The notes below the pieces were generated by a model. The model saw only the letters and a list, made by a program, of their open reading frames with translations, was not told where the DNA came from and made no database searches. The position numbers and the translations under genes were made by a program. From the NCBI GenBank assembly GCA_963832165.1, contig CAWHTE010000001.1, forward strand, positions 96,001 through 160,000: a DNA stretch of 64,000 bases, written 5' to 3'. Within the stretch, counting starts at the first letter, position 1, and each line of letters opens with the position of its first letter. This DNA comes from an uncultured delta proteobacterium. GTDB lineage: Bacteria; Myxococcota_A; UBA9160; SMWR01. This document shows, in pieces, positions 11,133 through 21,229 of the stretch.

Positions 11133-11382
11133 ACTCGTGGATCGAGGCGGCCAGCGTCTCGGCCGTCTCCAGATTCTCCGGGGTGAGCAGGCTCTCGTCG
11201 GCCCAGACGCCGGTGGCCTCTTCGATCGCGAGCATGAGCTGGGTGACGGCGAGCGAGTCGAGCCCCGACTCGATCAGGTTCGATTTCGGCGTGAGATCGG
11301 GCGCCGACGCGAGCAGATCGTCGCGCAGGATCCGATGGATCAGATCCGTGAGCTTCTCGCGTGTCCAGCCGTTCACACTCAT
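11113..11382 (-). CDS. Acyl carrier protein
   Basis: 89-aa acidic protein with GLDSL phosphopantetheine site and IEEATGV / PENLET helices. Confidence 0.9.
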   Translation of the reverse strand: MSVNGWTREKLTDLIHRILRDDLLASAPDLTPKSNLIESGLDSLAVTQLMLAIEEATGVWADESLLTPENLETAETLAASIHEYVSRGE

Positions 11383-11423
11383 CCCGAAAGCAATGTAGGC
11401 GAGCGCTGGATCGGTTGCAGGGT

Positions 11424-11471
11424 GCAAGCGGCCGAAGGCCGCGCGCAGCGAGGCGAAGCCGAGCGAAGACC
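11424..11471 (+). repeat. Dispersed mini-hairpin repeat, copy A
   Basis: gcaagcggccgaaggccgcgcgcagcgaggcgaagccgagcgaagacc; its reverse complement matches the copies at 21155, 34997, 53786 and 54378. Confidence 0.75.
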
Positions 11472-11496
11472 AGAAGGCGTGCACTATGCTGCCGTC

Positions 11497-12753
11497 GTGC
11501 CCCGACACGTGGCGATCCTGGGGGCGGGCCCTGCAGGCGCCTCGCTCGCGGCCTATCTGGCGCGTCACCGCGCGCGCCGCGGCGGAGCTCCCGAGTTCGA
11601 GGTCACGCTCTTCGACGGCGGTACGCGGCCGCCGATCGTCGTCGGCGAATCGCTCGTGCCCGCGGTAGTGCCGTTCCTCCAGCGACTCGGGATCGAGGAG
11701 GAGGTGGCGTCCTACTCCACCTTGAAGCCGGGCGCGACCTTCCGCTTCGGCCTCGAAGACGTGCTCATGTTCCGCTTCAACGAGGTGCGCGGCGCGCGAA
11801 CCACGTACTCCTACAACGTGCCGCGCGATCGCTTCGACGCGTCGATCCGCGGTGCCGCACTCGCAGCGGGGGCGCGCCTGGTAACGCAGAACGCGCGCGT
11901 CGAGCGCGACGGATCGGGCGAGCGCGTGCGGCTCGCGGACGCGAGCCTCGCGGCGGCCGGGCTCACGCGCCAGCCGGATTTCATCGTCGACGCAGGCGGC
12001 CGAAACCGGCAGCTCGCGCGGCTGCTCGATCTCCCGGTCGTGCAGGGCGACCGGCGCGACACCGCGCTGCACGCGCACCTCGAGGGCGTGACGCTGATCA
12101 ATCCGGGCGACGTCCACACCGACCGGCTCGAGCACGGCTGGGCGTGGCGGATCCCGCTGCCGGGCCGCGTGTCCGTGGGTCTCGTGATGGACTCATCCGC
12201 GCTGCGCGAGTTCGGCTCCGACGTCGAGGAGCAGTACGACAACTACCTGCGCTACGACCCGCTGCTCTCCGAGTGGGGCGTCACCGCGAAGCGCATCTCG
12301 CCCGTGATCAAGTACACGAACTACCAGCTGCGCCACACGCGCGGCCTCGGTCCGAACTGGGCGCTCGCCGGCGATGCGTTCGGCTTCATCGATCCGGTGT
12401 TCTCGAGCGGTCTCATGATCGCGCTCGACGGCGCGTTGCACCTCGCGCAGGCGCTGATCGCGAACAGCGAGCGCAAGCTGCGCCAGTTCGAGGTGCGCAA
12501 CCTGCGCCAGCTCGAGAACTGGCAGCGCATCGTTTCCTACTTCTACAACGGGCGGCTCTTCACGCTGTTCAAGATCGGCGAGGAGATGAGCGAGCGCTGG
12601 CTCGGCCGGATGACCGACTTCCACTTCCGCCGCCACTTCCCGCGTGTCGTCACGGGCGAGGCCACCACCCACGCCTACAGCATGGGTCTGCTCGACTTCA
12701 TGGTGAAATACGCGCTCTGGGACCTCGATCCCAGCGAGCGCGCGGTGCGTTAG
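11497..12753 (+). CDS. Flavin-dependent halogenase-like oxidoreductase
   Basis: GAGPAG, VGESLVP, PRDRFD, GWAWRIP (WxWxIP), GDAFGFIDPVFSSG. Confidence 0.85.
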   Translation: MPRHVAILGAGPAGASLAAYLARHRARRGGAPEFEVTLFDGGTRPPIVVGESLVPAVVPFLQRLGIEEEVASYSTLKPGATFRFGLEDVLMFRFNEVRGARTTYSYNVPRDRFDASIRGAALAAGARLVTQNARVERDGSGERVRLADASLAAAGLTRQPDFIVDAGGRNRQLARLLDLPVVQGDRRDTALHAHLEGVTLINPGDVHTDRLEHGWAWRIPLPGRVSVGLVMDSSALREFGSDVEEQYDNYLRYDPLLSEWGVTAKRISPVIKYTNYQLRHTRGLGPNWALAGDAFGFIDPVFSSGLMIALDGALHLAQALIANSERKLRQFEVRNLRQLENWQRIVSYFYNGRLFTLFKIGEEMSERWLGRMTDFHFRRHFPRVVTGEATTHAYSMGLLDFMVKYALWDLDPSERAVR

Positions 12754-12760
12754 GCAAGCG

Positions 12761-14284
12761 ATGAGATTCCACGAGGAGGCCGCGCGCGACCGCTACGACG
12801 TGGTCGTGATCGGCAGCGGGCTCGGCGGCCTCACGAGCGCCGCGCTGCTCGCGCGCGCGGGCAAGAGCGTGCTGATCGTCGAACGCCACGACCGCGCGGG
12901 CGGCTATGCGCACGCGTTCCGGCGCCGCGGCTACCGCTTCGACTCCGCGGTGCACCTCGTCTCGGGCTGCGAGCCGGTGCCGTTCGAGGGCGGCGGCGTG
13001 CTGCACGACCTGCTCAGCACGCTCGGCGTGCGCGACCGCTGCGAGTTCGTGCGCGTCGACCCGTGCTACCGCGTCGAGTGGCCCGGCATGACGCTCGACG
13101 CGCCTTGCGAGCTCGAGCGCTTCGTCGAAGCGCACGCCGAGCGCTTCCCGCGCGAGGAGAAGGGGATCCGCGGCTTCCTCGAGGACTGTCTCACGATCCG
13201 CGGCGAGGCGAGCCGCGCCGAGGAGCAGGCCGGCTCGGGCCCGCTCGCGCGTCCCGAGCGCTATCCACTGCTCCTGCGCTATCGGCGCGCCACGCTCGCG
13301 CAGGCGCTCGAGGCGCGCGTCGAAGATCCCGCCGCGCGCGCGGCGCTCGCCGCGCTGTGGCCCTACCTCGGGCTGCCGCCCTCGCGCGTATCGTTCCTCT
13401 ACTTCGCGACCATGCTCACGAGCTACGTCGCCGACGGCGCCTACTACTGCCGCGGATCGTTCCAGGCGTTTGCCGACGCGCTCGTGGCCGCCGCGGTCGG
13501 CGCGGGCGGCGAGCTCTTGTTGCGCGCACCCGTGCGGCGGATCCTCGTGGAGCAGGGCCGCGCGGTGGGCGTGCTGCTCGAGAACGGACAGCACGTGCGC
13601 GCTCCGTGCGTGATCTCGAACGCCGACGCGCGCCAGACGATCGACGAGCTGTGCGGCGCGGAGCACTTCCCCGCGCGCTACGTCGCGCGCCTGCACTCGG
13701 CGCAGCGCTCGATCTCCGCGTTCGTCGTGTACGCGGCGACCTCGCTCGATCTCGCCGCGGCCGACCTCGCGCACGAGACGTTCGTGTACCGGAGCCCGGA
13801 CCACGAGGCCGCGCACGCGAGCGGCGTCACGGGCGAGCCGAGCTGGTTCTCGCTCACGGTGCCGACGCTGGTCGATCCCTCGCTCGCGCCGCCCGGACAG
13901 CACCTGCTCGTGCTCACGACGCTCGTCGGCGCGCAGCAGGGCGTGCCGTGGCGCGACCTCAAGGCGGCGCGCACCGAGGCGCTGCTGCGCCGCGCCGAGC
14001 GGCGGCTGCCGGGGCTGCGCGCGTCGCTGCGGCTCGCGGAGGCGGCCACGCCGCGCACGATGGAGCGCTACACGCGCAACAGCGACGGCGCGATCTACGG
14101 CTTCGACGTCACGCCCGCACAGGTCGGGCCGGGCCGGCTCGACAACCGCACGCCGCTTCCGGGCCTCTATCTCGCCGGCCACTGGACGCGCCCGGGCGGC
14201 GGCGTCGCGGGCGTCGTGCGCTCGGGACTTCGCACGGCGGGGCTCGTGCTCGGCGGGGAATCGAGCCCGTACGCGGCCCCGTAG
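12761..14284 (+). CDS. Phytoene desaturase (CrtI)-like FAD oxidoreductase
   Basis: DVVVIGSGLGGL, ERHDRAGG, GYRFD, ATPRTMERYT, GAIYG, LYLAGHWTRPGGG. Confidence 0.85.
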   Translation: MRFHEEAARDRYDVVVIGSGLGGLTSAALLARAGKSVLIVERHDRAGGYAHAFRRRGYRFDSAVHLVSGCEPVPFEGGGVLHDLLSTLGVRDRCEFVRVDPCYRVEWPGMTLDAPCELERFVEAHAERFPREEKGIRGFLEDCLTIRGEASRAEEQAGSGPLARPERYPLLLRYRRATLAQALEARVEDPAARAALAALWPYLGLPPSRVSFLYFATMLTSYVADGAYYCRGSFQAFADALVAAAVGAGGELLLRAPVRRILVEQGRAVGVLLENGQHVRAPCVISNADARQTIDELCGAEHFPARYVARLHSAQRSISAFVVYAATSLDLAAADLAHETFVYRSPDHEAAHASGVTGEPSWFSLTVPTLVDPSLAPPGQHLLVLTTLVGAQQGVPWRDLKAARTEALLRRAERRLPGLRASLRLAEAATPRTMERYTRNSDGAIYGFDVTPAQVGPGRLDNRTPLPGLYLAGHWTRPGGGVAGVVRSGLRTAGLVLGGESSPYAAP

Positions 14285-14386
14285 CCGCGGGTTTCCCGCT
14301 ATTGCCGCAATGAGATACGCTGCGCCCCGGTCGGCGCGCCCGCGGCGCCGGAACCAACGAACGATCAACCCTGGGGGAGGGAAGAG

Positions 14387-14836
14387 ATGATGGTGATCCG
14401 ACTTTCGAACACGCTTGCCGCCGGTCTCGCCGCAATGGGACTCGTGCTGGGCTCGGGCGCGCTGCTCTCCGGCTGCAAGTCGAGCGAGGCTGGTGCGCCG
14501 GCACAAGCGACGCCCGCCGCCGAGAAGCCGGCTGCGCCCGCGAAGGCCGAGCCCTCGAAGGCCACGACGGCGCCGGCACCCTCGGGCAGCCCGCTCTCGA
14601 AGGTCGCCACGAACATGTCGCCCGAGCAGGTGCAGGAGGTCATGGGATCGCCGACCGGTCAGGCGAGCTACCCCACGGGCAAGACTTTCAATCCCTACAA
14701 CTTCGGGAACGACAGCGGCAACCGCGTCGAGTACAAATACAAGGGTGAGGGCCGCGTCGTCTTCGCCGTTCCGAAGTGGGGAGGCAACATGAAGGTGGTG
14801 CGCGTCGATTACGACCCGGCTGAAGACGGCAACTGA
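14387..14836 (+). CDS. Lipoprotein with SmpA/BamE-like domain
   Basis: Signal peptide with LLSG-C lipobox, Ala/Pro linker, MSPEQVQEVMGSP motif. Confidence 0.7.
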   Translation: MMVIRLSNTLAAGLAAMGLVLGSGALLSGCKSSEAGAPAQATPAAEKPAAPAKAEPSKATTAPAPSGSPLSKVATNMSPEQVQEVMGSPTGQASYPTGKTFNPYNFGNDSGNRVEYKYKGEGRVVFAVPKWGGNMKVVRVDYDPAEDGN

Positions 14837-14856
14837 GCTTCGGCGCCCCCCCGCCG

Positions 14857-16408
14857 ATGACGGCCCAGCCCACCCCCGGCTTCGGGGAAGATGCGTCCCG
14901 GGAGGTGATCCCGATCGGGTTCGCGTCGCTCTCCGCGGCCGACGTCGTGGCGATCGCGCGCGACGGTGCACGCCTCGAGCTCGAGCGCGATCCGGCCTAT
15001 CGCGCGCGGCTCGAGGCCGGGCGCGTCGCGCTCGAAGCGGCGCTGCGCAAAGGGGTCGCGGTCTACGGCGTGACGACGGGCGTCGGCGCTTCGCAGGGCC
15101 GCGAGGTGCCCGAGTCGGAGCGCAAGCTCGTCACGCAGAACCTGCTGCGCTTCCACGGCTGCGGCACGGGCCGCATCCTCGACCGAGAGGAATCGGCCGC
15201 GGTCGTGGTGGCGCGGCTGGTGTCGCTCGCGCGCGGCTATTCGGGCGTGCGGCCCGTCGTGCTCGAGCGCCTGGTCGAGCTCGTGAATCGCCGCATCCTG
15301 CCGCGGATCCCCGAAGAGGGGTCGGTCGGCGCGAGCGGCGATCTCACGCCGCTCTCCTACGTCGCGGCGCTGCTCGTCGGCGAGCGCGAGGCGCTCGTGG
15401 GCGGGGAAGTCGTGGACGCCGTCGGATGCGCTCGCGCGCGCGGGGCTCGAGCCGCTCGAGCTCGAGCCCAAGGAGAGCCTCGCGCTCATGAACGGCACGA
15501 GCGTGATGACCGCGCTCGCGTGCCTCTCCGTGGAGCGCGCGGCGCGCCTCGCGCGCTGGGCGTGCTCGATCACCGCGATGACGGTGCGCGCGATCGCGGG
15601 CAACCCGCGCCACTTCGAGCGCGCGATCTTCGAGCTCAAGCCGCACCCGGGCACGCGGCGCGCGGCCGAGTGGATCCGCGAGGACCTCGAGCCGATCGCA
15701 GGGCTGCGCCCCGTTCGGCTGCAGGACGTCTACTCGGTGCGCTGCGCGCCGCACGTGATCGGGGTGCTGCTCGATGCGCTCGCGTTCGCGCGGCAGGTGG
15801 TCGAGATCGAGCTCAACAGCGTGAACGACAACCCGATCGTCGATCCCGACACGGGCGCGGTGCTCCACGGCGGAAACTTCTACGGCGGTCACGTCGCGTT
15901 CGCGATGGACGGGCTCAAGAGCGCGGTGGCGAGCGTCGCCGATCTGCTCGATCGCCAGATGCAGCTCTTGTGCGCTCCGTCGACGAGTGGCGGGCTGCCC
16001 GAGAATCTGTCGCCGAACGGCGGCGGCAATCACGGCTTCAAGGCGATGGGCATCTCCACCTCGGCGCTCACGGCCGAGGCGCTCAAGCTCACGATGCCCG
16101 CGGCATCGTTCTCGCGCAGCACCGAATCGAACAACCAGGACAAGGTCAGCATGGGCACGATCGCCGCGCGCGACTGCCGGCGGATCCTCGAGCTCTCCGA
16201 GACGGTGGCCGCGATCGTGTTGCTCGCCGACTGCCAGGGGCTCGAGCTGCGCGGCGACGCGGGCGGCGGGCGCACGCGCGAGCTGCGCGAGCTGGTGCGC
16301 CGCTCCGTGCCCGCGCTCGCGGCCGATCGCCGCCAGGACCACGACATCGAGAGCGTGCTCGCGCGCTACCGCGCGGGAGAGCTGCGCATCGACGCGTCGC
16401 TGGTATAG
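14857..16408 (+). CDS. Aromatic amino acid ammonia-lyase (HAL/PAL/TAL family); frameshift near 15420
   Basis: VYGVTTG, GSVGASGDL (MIO-forming ASG); after removing one base the frame reads LEPKESLALMNGT, QDVYSVRC, NDNP, GGNFYG, NQDKVSMG. Confidence 0.9.
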
Positions 16409-16410
16409 GG

Positions 16411-16863
16411 ATGGCCCCGCGAGCGGCAGTGGCCGCCGCGCGTCGCGACGTCGCCGGGGTGCGACTCCACGAAACGCGCGTGGAGCTCGACGTTCCGTTC
16501 CACCACGTCGACGCGCTCGGGATCGTCTGGCACGGGCACTATCCGAAGTACTTCGAGGCGGCGGGCATGGCGCTCCTGCGCAAGCTCACGCTCGACGGCG
16601 GCGATCTGATCGGCGAGCGCTATCGGCTCGTGGTGATCGAGACGGCGTGCCGCCACGGATTCCCGCTGCGCTACGCCGACCGCGTCGCGGTCACGGCCTG
16701 GGTGTCCGAGTTCACGCGGCGCCTCGTGATCCGCTACGAGGTGCGCAACGAGACCCACGGCCGCCGCGCCGCCCACGGCCACACGGCGCTCGCCACGCTC
16801 GACGCGGGCGGGCGCCTCCTGCTCGAGACGCCGGCCGAAATCGTGGCGCGGATCCGCGCGTGA
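16411..16863 (+). CDS. Acyl-CoA/ACP thioesterase (hotdog, 4HBT/YbgC family)
   Basis: VPFHHVDALGIVWHGHYPKYFE motif; ATG immediately after the lyase stop. Confidence 0.85.
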   Translation: MAPRAAVAAARRDVAGVRLHETRVELDVPFHHVDALGIVWHGHYPKYFEAAGMALLRKLTLDGGDLIGERYRLVVIETACRHGFPLRYADRVAVTAWVSEFTRRLVIRYEVRNETHGRRAAHGHTALATLDAGGRLLLETPAEIVARIRA

Positions 16864-16896
16864 TCCAGTAGCATCGGTTTTCCGACGGAGGTTTGG

Positions 16897-17661
16897 ATGC
16901 AGACGGCCCCGGGCACACGACGAGATCCCCTGGAAGTTCCGCCGCACTCGCCGCTCACCGAGTATTACGAGCGCGATCGCCAGGAATACGTCGTCGATCT
17001 GTTCAACCGCACCGCGCAGCACTACGACACGATCGAGAGCCTGTTCCTGAAGGGCGGGCTCTGGTATCGGCGCTTCGGGATGAAGCGCGCGGGCATGAAG
17101 CCGGGGATGAAGGTCCTCGACATGGCGACCGGCACGGGCGCGGTCGCGCGCGGCGCCGTGCGCATCGTGGGTCCGACCGGGCGCGTGTTCGGCTGCGACC
17201 CCTCGCCGGGCATGCTCGCTCAGGCCAAGAAGGTGTTCAAAGGGCCGCTCACGCATGGCGTCGGCGATGCGCTGCCGTTCAAGAGCGAGTATTTCGATTT
17301 CGTGACGATGGGCATCGCGCTGCGCCACGTATCGAGCCTCGCGCGCACGTTCGAGGAGTACCTGCGCGTGCTCAAGCCCGGCGGGCGCGCCTGGATCCTC
17401 GAGGGCCACGTGCCGAAGTCGAAGCTCGGCCACAGCGTGACGCGCTTCGTGTGGGCGAAGCTGATCCCGGGCATGACGCTCGTCTCGACGGGCAGCCGCG
17501 AGGCGAAGCTGCTCATGGACTACTACTGGGACACGGTCGAGAAGTGCGTGCCGCCCGAGACGATCGTGGCCGCGATGCGCGATGCGGGATTCGCGAACGT
17601 GAAGTTCGAGGTGGTGGTCCCGGGCGCGTTCTGCGAGTACACGGGCACGAGACCGAAGTAG
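16897..17661 (+). CDS. UbiE/MenG-like SAM-dependent methyltransferase
   Basis: FNRTAQHYD, VLDMATGTG, DALPF, RVLKPGG. Confidence 0.85.
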   Translation: MQTAPGTRRDPLEVPPHSPLTEYYERDRQEYVVDLFNRTAQHYDTIESLFLKGGLWYRRFGMKRAGMKPGMKVLDMATGTGAVARGAVRIVGPTGRVFGCDPSPGMLAQAKKVFKGPLTHGVGDALPFKSEYFDFVTMGIALRHVSSLARTFEEYLRVLKPGGRAWILEGHVPKSKLGHSVTRFVWAKLIPGMTLVSTGSREAKLLMDYYWDTVEKCVPPETIVAAMRDAGFANVKFEVVVPGAFCEYTGTRPK

Positions 17662-17673
17662 GCTGGCTGTAAC

Positions 17674-17702
17674 GGCGGGATCCGCCTTCGGCTCCTCCCG
17701 CC
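17674..17702. terminator. Hairpin between convergent genes, possible bidirectional terminator
   Basis: ggcggga (17674-17680) pairs with tcccgcc (17696-17702), enclosing gcc-ttc-ggc; no U-tract. Confidence 0.4.
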
Positions 17703-18728
17703 CTACTTGTAGGCGACCGCTGCGCTGGCTGGGCCGCGCAGCGGGATCACCTCGGTGCGCGAGAAGCCCGCGTCGCGGCACCAGCCCGCGAAGTCGGCGC
17801 CCGTGTAGTCGAACGCTTCTCCGAACTCGATCAGCATGTTGAGCGACATGAGCAGGCCGAATGCGTTGGTGCGGCGCTCGTCGTCGATCAGATTCTCGAT
17901 CGCGATGAACGCGCCGCCGTCGGGCAGCGCGTCGTAGGCCTTCGCGATCAGCATGCGCTTGTGCTCGAGATTCCAGTCGTGGAGGATCATGCCCATCGTG
18001 ATCACGTCCGCGCGCGGCAGCGCGTCCGTGAAGAAGTCGCCCGAGGCGGTCTTCACGCGGCCGCCGAGCCCCTCCGCGGCGATCGCGCGCTTCGCGATCG
18101 GCTCGACGACGGGCAGGTCCCACGACGTGCAGGCGAGATGCGGATGGCGCGCCGCGATCAGGCGCGAGAGCAGCCCGTTCGCGCCGCCGATGTCGCAGAC
18201 CGTCTTGTAGCGCGAGAAGTCGAACTTCTCCGCGAGCGCCTCGAAGTTCGGCCGCGAGATGCCCTGCATCGCGTTCATGAACCCTTCGAGCCGCGACTCG
18301 TCGCTGTACAGCGTCGCGAACATGGGCGCGCCCGTGTGCTTGATCTCGTTCTGCGGCTTGCCCGTGCGCAGCGCTTCGGTGAGATCGCCCCAGTAGCTGT
18401 ACAGACGCGCTTCCAGCATCTCGAGCATCCCGCCCACGTAGGTCGGCTTGGCGCGGTCGAGGAAGTGGTCGGTCAGCGCGGTGTTGCGGTAGACCGCGCT
18501 CGCGCCGTTGCCGTCGCGCTCGAGGAAGCCGAGCGCGACGAGCGCGTCGAACAGGTCCATCGAGCCGCGCGGATGGATCCCGAGCGCGGCGCCGAGCCCG
18601 TCGCGCGTGCGCGGCTTCACCGCGAGCTCCGTGAACACGCCGAGCTCGACGGCGGAGAGCAATACCTTCGAAGACCAGAACCCGAAGCCGAGGTCGAGAA
18701 TCGGTTTGGGATCGAGCGGCGCGGTCAT
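17703..18728 (-). CDS. O-methyltransferase with dimerisation domain
   Basis: AVELGVF N-terminal domain, DIGGANG, GDFF, ILHDW; ATGA overlap with the upstream gene. Confidence 0.9.
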   Translation of the reverse strand: MTAPLDPKPILDLGFGFWSSKVLLSAVELGVFTELAVKPRTRDGLGAALGIHPRGSMDLFDALVALGFLERDGNGASAVYRNTALTDHFLDRAKPTYVGGMLEMLEARLYSYWGDLTEALRTGKPQNEIKHTGAPMFATLYSDESRLEGFMNAMQGISRPNFEALAEKFDFSRYKTVCDIGGANGLLSRLIAARHPHLACTSWDLPVVEPIAKRAIAAEGLGGRVKTASGDFFTDALPRADVITMGMILHDWNLEHKRMLIAKAYDALPDGGAFIAIENLIDDERRTNAFGLLMSLNMLIEFGEAFDYTGADFAGWCRDAGFSRTEVIPLRGPASAAVAYK

Positions 18729-19147
18729 TTCGCCACCGGCTTCTCGATCTTGGCGCCGTCCATCGACCAGTAGCCGCGCAGCGCCTTGATCCTGTGCTCG
18801 TCGTCGATCGTGTACGTGAAGATGCCGTGCACGCTCATCTTCGTCCCATTCGGGAACGTGGTCGTGAGCGTGAGCACGTGCGCGGACTCGTTGCCGGCCG
18901 CGAACGACTCGTGCGCGGTGATCTCGACGCTCTGCGTCGGCGCGAGATTCTTGTCCCAGAACTCCTCGGCCTCGCCCTTGCCGCGAAAGCCCTTGCCCGT
19001 GGGATTGGTCGGGCCGATTCCGATCGGGTCCTCGATCGCCACGTCCTCGGCCATCAGCTCGAGCCACTGCTCGCGCGCGCGCGCCTGCACGCAGCGCCAG
19101 GAGTGGTGCGCAGCCAGTATCGCGGGGTGAATGTCCTTGCTGCTCAT
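18725..19147 (-). CDS. NTF2/SnoaL-like protein (ketosteroid isomerase-like)
   Basis: WLELMAEDVAIEDPIG and IKALRGYW patterns; 140 aa. Confidence 0.75.
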   Translation of the reverse strand: MSSKDIHPAILAAHHSWRCVQARAREQWLELMAEDVAIEDPIGIGPTNPTGKGFRGKGEAEEFWDKNLAPTQSVEITAHESFAAGNESAHVLTLTTTFPNGTKMSVHGIFTYTIDDEHRIKALRGYWSMDGAKIEKPVAK

Positions 19148-19168
19148 GGGATCCTCCACGAGTCCAGA

Positions 19169-21144
19169 TTACAGCGCTGCGGCGACGCGTGTCGCCTCCT
19201 CGGTGGCCTTGCGGATCAGACCCAGGCCCGTGCAGTCGCCGACCGCGTGGGCTTCGGGGACCTCACCCTTCACGGCGTCGAAGAACGAGGTATCGGCCTC
19301 GAGCTCGCCCGCGATCACGATCGTGTCGGCGAGGATCTCGTGGCGCGAGCCGCGCTCGGGCCGGATCGCGATGCCGCGCGGCGTGATCTCCTCGTACGCG
19401 ACGCCCGTGTTCACGGCGACGCCGAGCCGGTCGAGCGCGTCCATGTGCTCGGTGAGGCGCTTGGTGCCGACCTCGGGCGCGAGCCGCTCGCCGCGCTCCA
19501 CGATCGTCACGGTGCGCCCGCGCAGCGCGAGCAGCTCGGCGAGCTCGAGCGCGGCGAGGTCGGCGCCGACCACCACCACGCGCTTGCCGAACGGCATCCA
19601 CAGACGCGAGGCAGCGCGCAGCTGCAGCGGAGAGAGCCAGCGCGCCGCGGGCCGCAGCCACTGGCGCAGCTGCGGGCCGCTCTTCACGTGCCGCTGATCG
19701 TCGCCGGGGATCTTCGGCAGCACGACGCGGCCGCCCGTCGCGACCACGACCGCGTCGGGCGCGAGCGCGCGCACCGCTTCGGGGGAGAGCGCGCGGCCGC
19801 GCCGGATCTCGATCGGCAGACGCGCCACTTCGCTGCGCAGGAACGCGAGGAACGACGCGTTCTCGGGGTGCGCCATCGCGGCCCAGACCAGCGAGCCGCC
19901 GAGGTAATGCTCGCGCTCGACGAGCGTCACGCGGTGGCCGCGCAGCGCCGCGAGTCGCGCGGTCTCGAGCCCGCCCGGCCCCGCGCCCACGATCACGACG
20001 CGCTTGGGCGCGGACGTCGGCGCGAGCGAGAGCTCGCTCTCGCGGCCGGAGAGCCCGTTGACCGCGCAGCTCATGTTCGCGCTCTCCATCGAGTCGATGC
20101 AGTTCTCGCAGGAGATGCATGACCGCGGATCTGCGCGCGGCGCCGCGTGCGCAGCTTCTCGGGCAGGTCCGGGTCGGCGAGCAGCGGGCGCGCCATCACG
20201 ATCAGATCGGCATCGCCGCGCTGCAGAATCGCCTCGGCGAGATCGGGATCGTGGATCCGGCCGACCGTCATCACGGGCACGTCGACGGCGTTCTTCACCG
20301 CGCGCGCCCCGCCGACGTTGTGCGCGGGGCCCCAGTGCGATCCCGTGATGATCATGGAAGTGAGCCGGTCGATCACGCCGCCCGACACGTGGAACGCGTC
20401 GACGCCGGCCTCCACGAGCCGCGGCGCGATGCGCGCCGTGTCGTCGATCGTGCGCCCGCCCGGCGTGCGCTCGTACCCCGAGATGCGCAGCGTGATCGGG
20501 AAGTCGGCGCCGACCTCCCGGCGGATCGCGCCGAGTACCTCGAGGAGGAATCGCAGCCGCGTGTCGCGCTTGCGACCCGCATACTCGTCGCCGCGCTTGT
20601 TGCGCCACGGCGAGAGGAACGAGCCGAGCAGCATGTAGCCGTGCGCCGCGTGCAGCTCGATGCCGTCGTAGCCGGCCTCGCGCACGCGCCGCACCGCCGA
20701 CGCGTACTGGTCGAGGATCGCGGGCAGCTCGTCGGCCGCGAGCTCGCGCGAGGGCGAGCCCGTGAGGTAGGACGTGACCACCGACGGGCCCAGGCTCGGG
20801 ATCTTCTCCATCTGCGGCGAGAGCGCATCCGGGCCCGCGTGCACGATCTGCGGCTGCACCTTGGCGCCGTGGGCGTGGATCGCATCCGTGATCGCGCGGT
20901 GCGCGTCGATCACGTCGTCGCTCGAGAAGTGCATCGACTGGGGCACTTCGCGGTGCCGGCGGTCGACCACGCACGCCTCCAGCGTGATCAGGCCCACGCC
21001 GCCGCGCGCGCGCGCGGCCAGGTAGTCGATCAGGCGGCGCGTGGGCAGCTGGTCGAGACCCGCGTAGCCCGTCGTCATCGGCGACATCACGATCCGGTTC
21101 TTGAGCTGCATGCTCCCGATCGAGATCGGTTCGAGGAGCAACAT
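19169..21144 (-). CDS. NADH:flavin oxidoreductase (Old Yellow Enzyme, 2,4-dienoyl-CoA reductase-like); frameshift near 20120
   Basis: LKNRIVMSPM, ELHAAHGY, ARPLLADP, then in the shifted frame CISCENC...CAVN Fe-S motif and GAGPGG Rossmann fold. Confidence 0.9.
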
Positions 21145-21154
21145 TGTTCGATCT

Positions 21155-21229
21155 CCGCTCGCCTACGGCTCGCTGCGCGCGCCCTTCCGATGGCCTTCGC
21201 TCGCCTGCGACTCGCTGCGCGAAACTTGC
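21155..21229 (-). repeat. Dispersed mini-hairpin repeat, tandem copies B1/B2 in a gene 3' end
   Basis: ccgctcgcctacggctcgctgcgcgc and cttcgctcgcctgcgactcgctgcgcgaaacttgc. Confidence 0.8.

Noticed and set aside
12761..14284. Carotenoid biosynthesis
   Set aside because: No phytoene synthase or other crt genes; the context is an ACP cluster.
14857..16863. Apparent ammonia-lyase::thioesterase fusion (668-aa ORF)
   Set aside because: Created by the frameshift near 15420; the lyase ends at 16408 in another frame and the thioesterase has its own ATG at 16411.
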